This document shows, piece by piece, positions 60,387 to 64,000 of a stretch of 64,000 nt of DNA. The position numbers were made by a program, and so were the translations under genes. Origin of the DNA: Malacoraja senta (taxonomy: Eukaryota). The stretch spans positions 111,476,001 through 111,540,000 of the forward strand of contig CM075977.1 of assembly GCA_038087875.1 (NCBI GenBank). The letters are read 5' to 3'. The notes beneath the pieces were generated by a model that saw only the letters and a list, made by a program, of their open reading frames with translations, did no database searches and was not told the origin of the DNA. Every line of letters begins with the position of its first letter. Positions within the stretch are counted from its first letter, which is position 1.

Positions 60387-63340
60387 TTGATCTAACCTTC
60401 GACCTCAAGTTTCAGGCATCTAGAAGTGACAAGCCTCCACTACTGGTGCGCCTCGGTTGTCATTATCAGTGTGGATGTCACGATTGGTGTTCAATTACGC
60501 TGGCCGACAACGTAATGCATAATGCAATATAAACCGAGCATCATTTCAACGTTAATTTATAACGCGCAAGACCACATCCGGGAGAATTAGTAACACCATG
60601 ATATTAGTGTAATTTTATAAACCCCTACCTTTCGTCAGTCAGATTACGGCCGAACTGACTGTTACCTCAAATCCCAAATTCCTGTGTGATCAAACTTTCA
60701 GGAAGTGCCACAAAGTTTGATTAGCGCTTTCCGTTGATAAGGAGACTTTCTCTATTTTCCTTACGTCAGCGACGCTCATTTTTTAATTTGCATTGCCTGT
60801 ATAATCCATCACAGTCCAAATAAAATCCAACCCAATTGTAATACTGCTGACGACCTCCATGTTGAATTAGCACGCCAAGGATTTTCGCCCATTGATACGA
60901 ATATATGGTGCCCTGTTGAATTCTCAGAACACGAATCTCCAGTGCGACAATATTTCTGCTTTCTGAGCCTGATGTGAAAGCCCCTCCCACTTTCCTCTGA
61001 ACTTCACTGGTTGGGATGAGTTCTCCCGTTAACTGATGCTGCCACTGTTGTTTGAATGCCAGCACTGGCCCAGAAAGCATTTTTGCTGATGTAGATTCAA
61101 TGGCATTGTTGATCGTCGATATTTCCCCGAGGGACTTGAGAGATTCGCTCTGCCCTTATTCCAGTTTCACTGTACATCATCTGTTCTCGTCCGCCCTCCA
61201 TTTCGACAACCCATGATAAAAACACCTTCCAAGTAAAATGGCGTCGTATTTCTTTCAGTCTAATTTACCGTGTTCGGTGCCAACAATGTGGGCTGCTCTA
61301 CTTTAAAGAAATCTATTTAGTTTGTTCTCGTCCGCCCTCGCATACTGGCATTCGAATGGTGTTTTCTTAGGTCTCAACCTGCGTGCCAGGAAAATAATCG
61401 CAATATGATCATTGCCCATTAGTCTTTTGGCAGGGAAGCACAATGGCGCAATGATCTCCTTTATAGCGCCAGAGACCCTTGTTCGATCCTAACTCTATAA
61501 GGAGTTTGTGCGTTCCCTCTGTGGTCACATGGGTTTACTCCGTGCGATCCAGTTTCTTCCCACTCTCGATGAGGGAGAGGGGGAAAAAGAACAATGGAGG
61601 ACCTGGAGTGGGGTGACCACTGGGAGTTGGGGGTGGGGGGGGGATGAACAATGGAGGACCCGGAGAGTGGTAGGGTAAGAGAAAGGGGAAGAAGAAATCA
61701 GGAGTCGGCGGGAATACATTGTAACTTTTTGGCGCCGGATGTGGCGACTATTCGCATACCCTTGGTATGCAAGCAAGAATTTCACCATGCCTTCTAACAT
61801 GTGACAATGAAGCATCCATTCCATTCCATCCCATTCCATTCCAATACATTCCAAAGAAGTACAGTTTGGTACATTAAATGGTTTCTGTAAATTTGACATT
61901 GTCCCTAATGTGTAGGATGGTGTAAGTGTACGAGGTGATCGCTGGGTACGACCTCGGTGGGCCGAAGGATCTGTTTCCACACTCTTACTCTAATGTCCAT
62001 GTGCAGAAGTTCAGAGAGGAAACAGTGGCACTGACTGAACTTGTTCTGGTTGCCAGGGTAAGATTGATGCGATGTCACAGAGATCAGAGTTTGGGGCCAG
62101 CTATTACAACCATGCGGCCGATATCTAGCGTCCCTATGCAAAAACAACTGAGGTGTTGGTATGTTGGTGGGGAGAAGGATGTCGAGATGCTGCAGCGGCG
62201 CACATAAGCTGAATGGGTGTGGATGGTTATTGGCGATGCAAGAGAAATGTGGTAGTGTTAGAGTTCAAAGGGGAATTGGTGTTCGTGTCATTGAAAATAG
62301 CTCGCAACCGTGGTGAGGCCGTGGTGGGGCCTTGACTCCTATGTAAAGATGTATTAATGCCTTTAGCAATGGGTCTGAGAAGTCTCGAGGAGAGGCATGC
62401 ATTGTGCTGGTCGCCATGCGTTTTATTTTTAACCTAATGTCATACTGAGAATCGAATATAGACACAAACACTTCCAGTAACTCAGCGGGCGAGACAGCAT
62501 CTCTGGAGAAAAGGAATAGGTGACGTTTCAGGTCGAGTCCCTTCTTCAGACTGGAGAATCCGAGGAAATGGAAAAGAGATATACAGACGGTGATGTAGGG
62601 AGATATAGAATAGATGAATGAAAGATTGCAGGGACTAGTTGGGTGTCGCAAGGTTCTGTGCTGGGACCACAGTTATTTACAATTCATATTAACGATTTGG
62701 ACAAGGGAATTAAATGAGAGTTCCCCAAGTTTGCAGATGACACGGCTGGGTGGTAATGTGAGATGCGATGAGGACGCTATGATGCTGCAGAATTACTTGG
62801 ATAGGTTGGGTGAGTGGGCAAATGCTTGGTAGATGCATTATAATGTGGATATATGTGAGGTTATCCACTTTAGTGACAAGAACAGGGAGGCATATTAATA
62901 TCGTAATGGTATCAGATTTGGAAAAGGAATGTGCAATGAGACCTGGTGTGCTTGTCCATCAGTCACTGCAAGTGGGTGTGCAGGTACAGCAGGCATTGAA
63001 GAAAGCTAATGGCATGTTGGCCTTCATTGCGAGAGGATTTGTGCATAGGAGCATAGAGGTCCTACAGCGGTTGTACCGCTGGTGTGACCGCACCTAGAGT
63101 ATAGTGTGCAATTTTGTTCTCCTAATTTGAGGAATAACATTATTGCTATTGCGTGAGTGCAGCGTAGGTTAATTCCCGGGATGGCGGGTCTGACGTATGA
63201 TGAAATAAGTGGTCGACTGAGCTTGTATTCGCTGGAATTTAGAAGGATGGGGGTGGGGGGACTGGATTGGACTGGCTAGATGCAGGAAAAGTGTTACAGA
63301 TGTTGGGGAAGTCCAAAACCAGGGCTCACAGTTTAAAAAT
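60387..63340. repeat. Inverted duplication partner of 27570-30298 (contains SINE 61445-61992 + and CR1 62630-63340 +)
   Basis: Reverse-complement colinearity; the breakpoint TTGATCTAAC at 60387 matches GTTAGATCAA ending ~30298. Confidence 0.9.
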
Positions 63341-64000
63341 ACTGTGGCCAGAATACCGTTTCCAGAAGAGGAACCGAAGACAATAGATCTCGGCCAGATA
63401 CTGGCCTAGAGGTTTATCGACAGCAACACGACTTATATGAAGATTGAAGTTATTATAGTAGAACGACTATTCTACTTTTGAATTTTAAAGCTGGGAATCT
63501 TTAACTTGAACGGTTTCTATGTGGACGAAGAAAGCTAGTTCTGCTAGCTTGGAAGATAGCCAACAGGCTTGTTTTGTCACTTTTTCTGGAGAAATCCAGA
63601 TGTCTGACCTTGAGTTGTTTTGAAGACACGATAAGACACATTCCTTTCGAACTAACGTTATTATTAATTTCGTAGATGTTGAGGGATGTTGTATGAAAAT
63701 CCAATTTGTTATTGTTCTTGAGAAAATGTTTTCAAAACAGCACCCGATGTTTATCAACAAGACTAAGGCAAATCGAAGAAGTCCTTGTTCGTCCAATTTA
63801 AAGATTTGGCAATTTTCCAAGACATGTTTTAAATCCATGGAGGAAGAAGAAATATATGCGTCAGAGGAACCACAAGGTGGCGAAGTCAAGCTCAGCCAAG
63901 GACAAGCTGCCTACCTGAATGAAACCAAGAAGGAGGGAAACTCGATATGGGAGCAAGTGAACGAGTCAATTGAAAGCTGCAGAAAACTCATGTATCGGGA

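Overview
Repeat-rich vertebrate genomic DNA, most likely from a cartilaginous fish (skate, ray or shark), inferred from the CR1/HE1-type LINE/SINE set, Penelope-type terminal repeats, NAR-type V/J relics and an expanded GPR139-like GPCR family. The backbone is a tandem array of four same-strand copies of a two-exon, GPR139/GPR142-like class A GPCR gene, with exon 1 at ~1378, 21607, 33067 and ~56141. Copies 2 and 3 look intact; copies 1 and 4 are disabled. The duplicated unit also carries antigen-receptor V-segment pseudogenes: clear TCR alpha/delta-type V segments at 8139 and 38010, plus weaker relics. Between copies 1 and 2 lies a decayed NAR-TCR-like V plus J cassette (16674-17460). Other content: a near full-length CR1 LINE, a full-length L1 with a 17-bp TSD, a BEL/Pao relic, Penelope fragments with candidate minimal hammerhead motifs, tRNA-derived SINEs, a variant tRNA-Glu(TTC), a ~2.8-kb inverted duplication, and a CA-rich satellite with two assembly gaps separating copy 4 from its promoter. 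All calls come from reading the sequence by eye, without database searches. Repeat boundaries are approximate.
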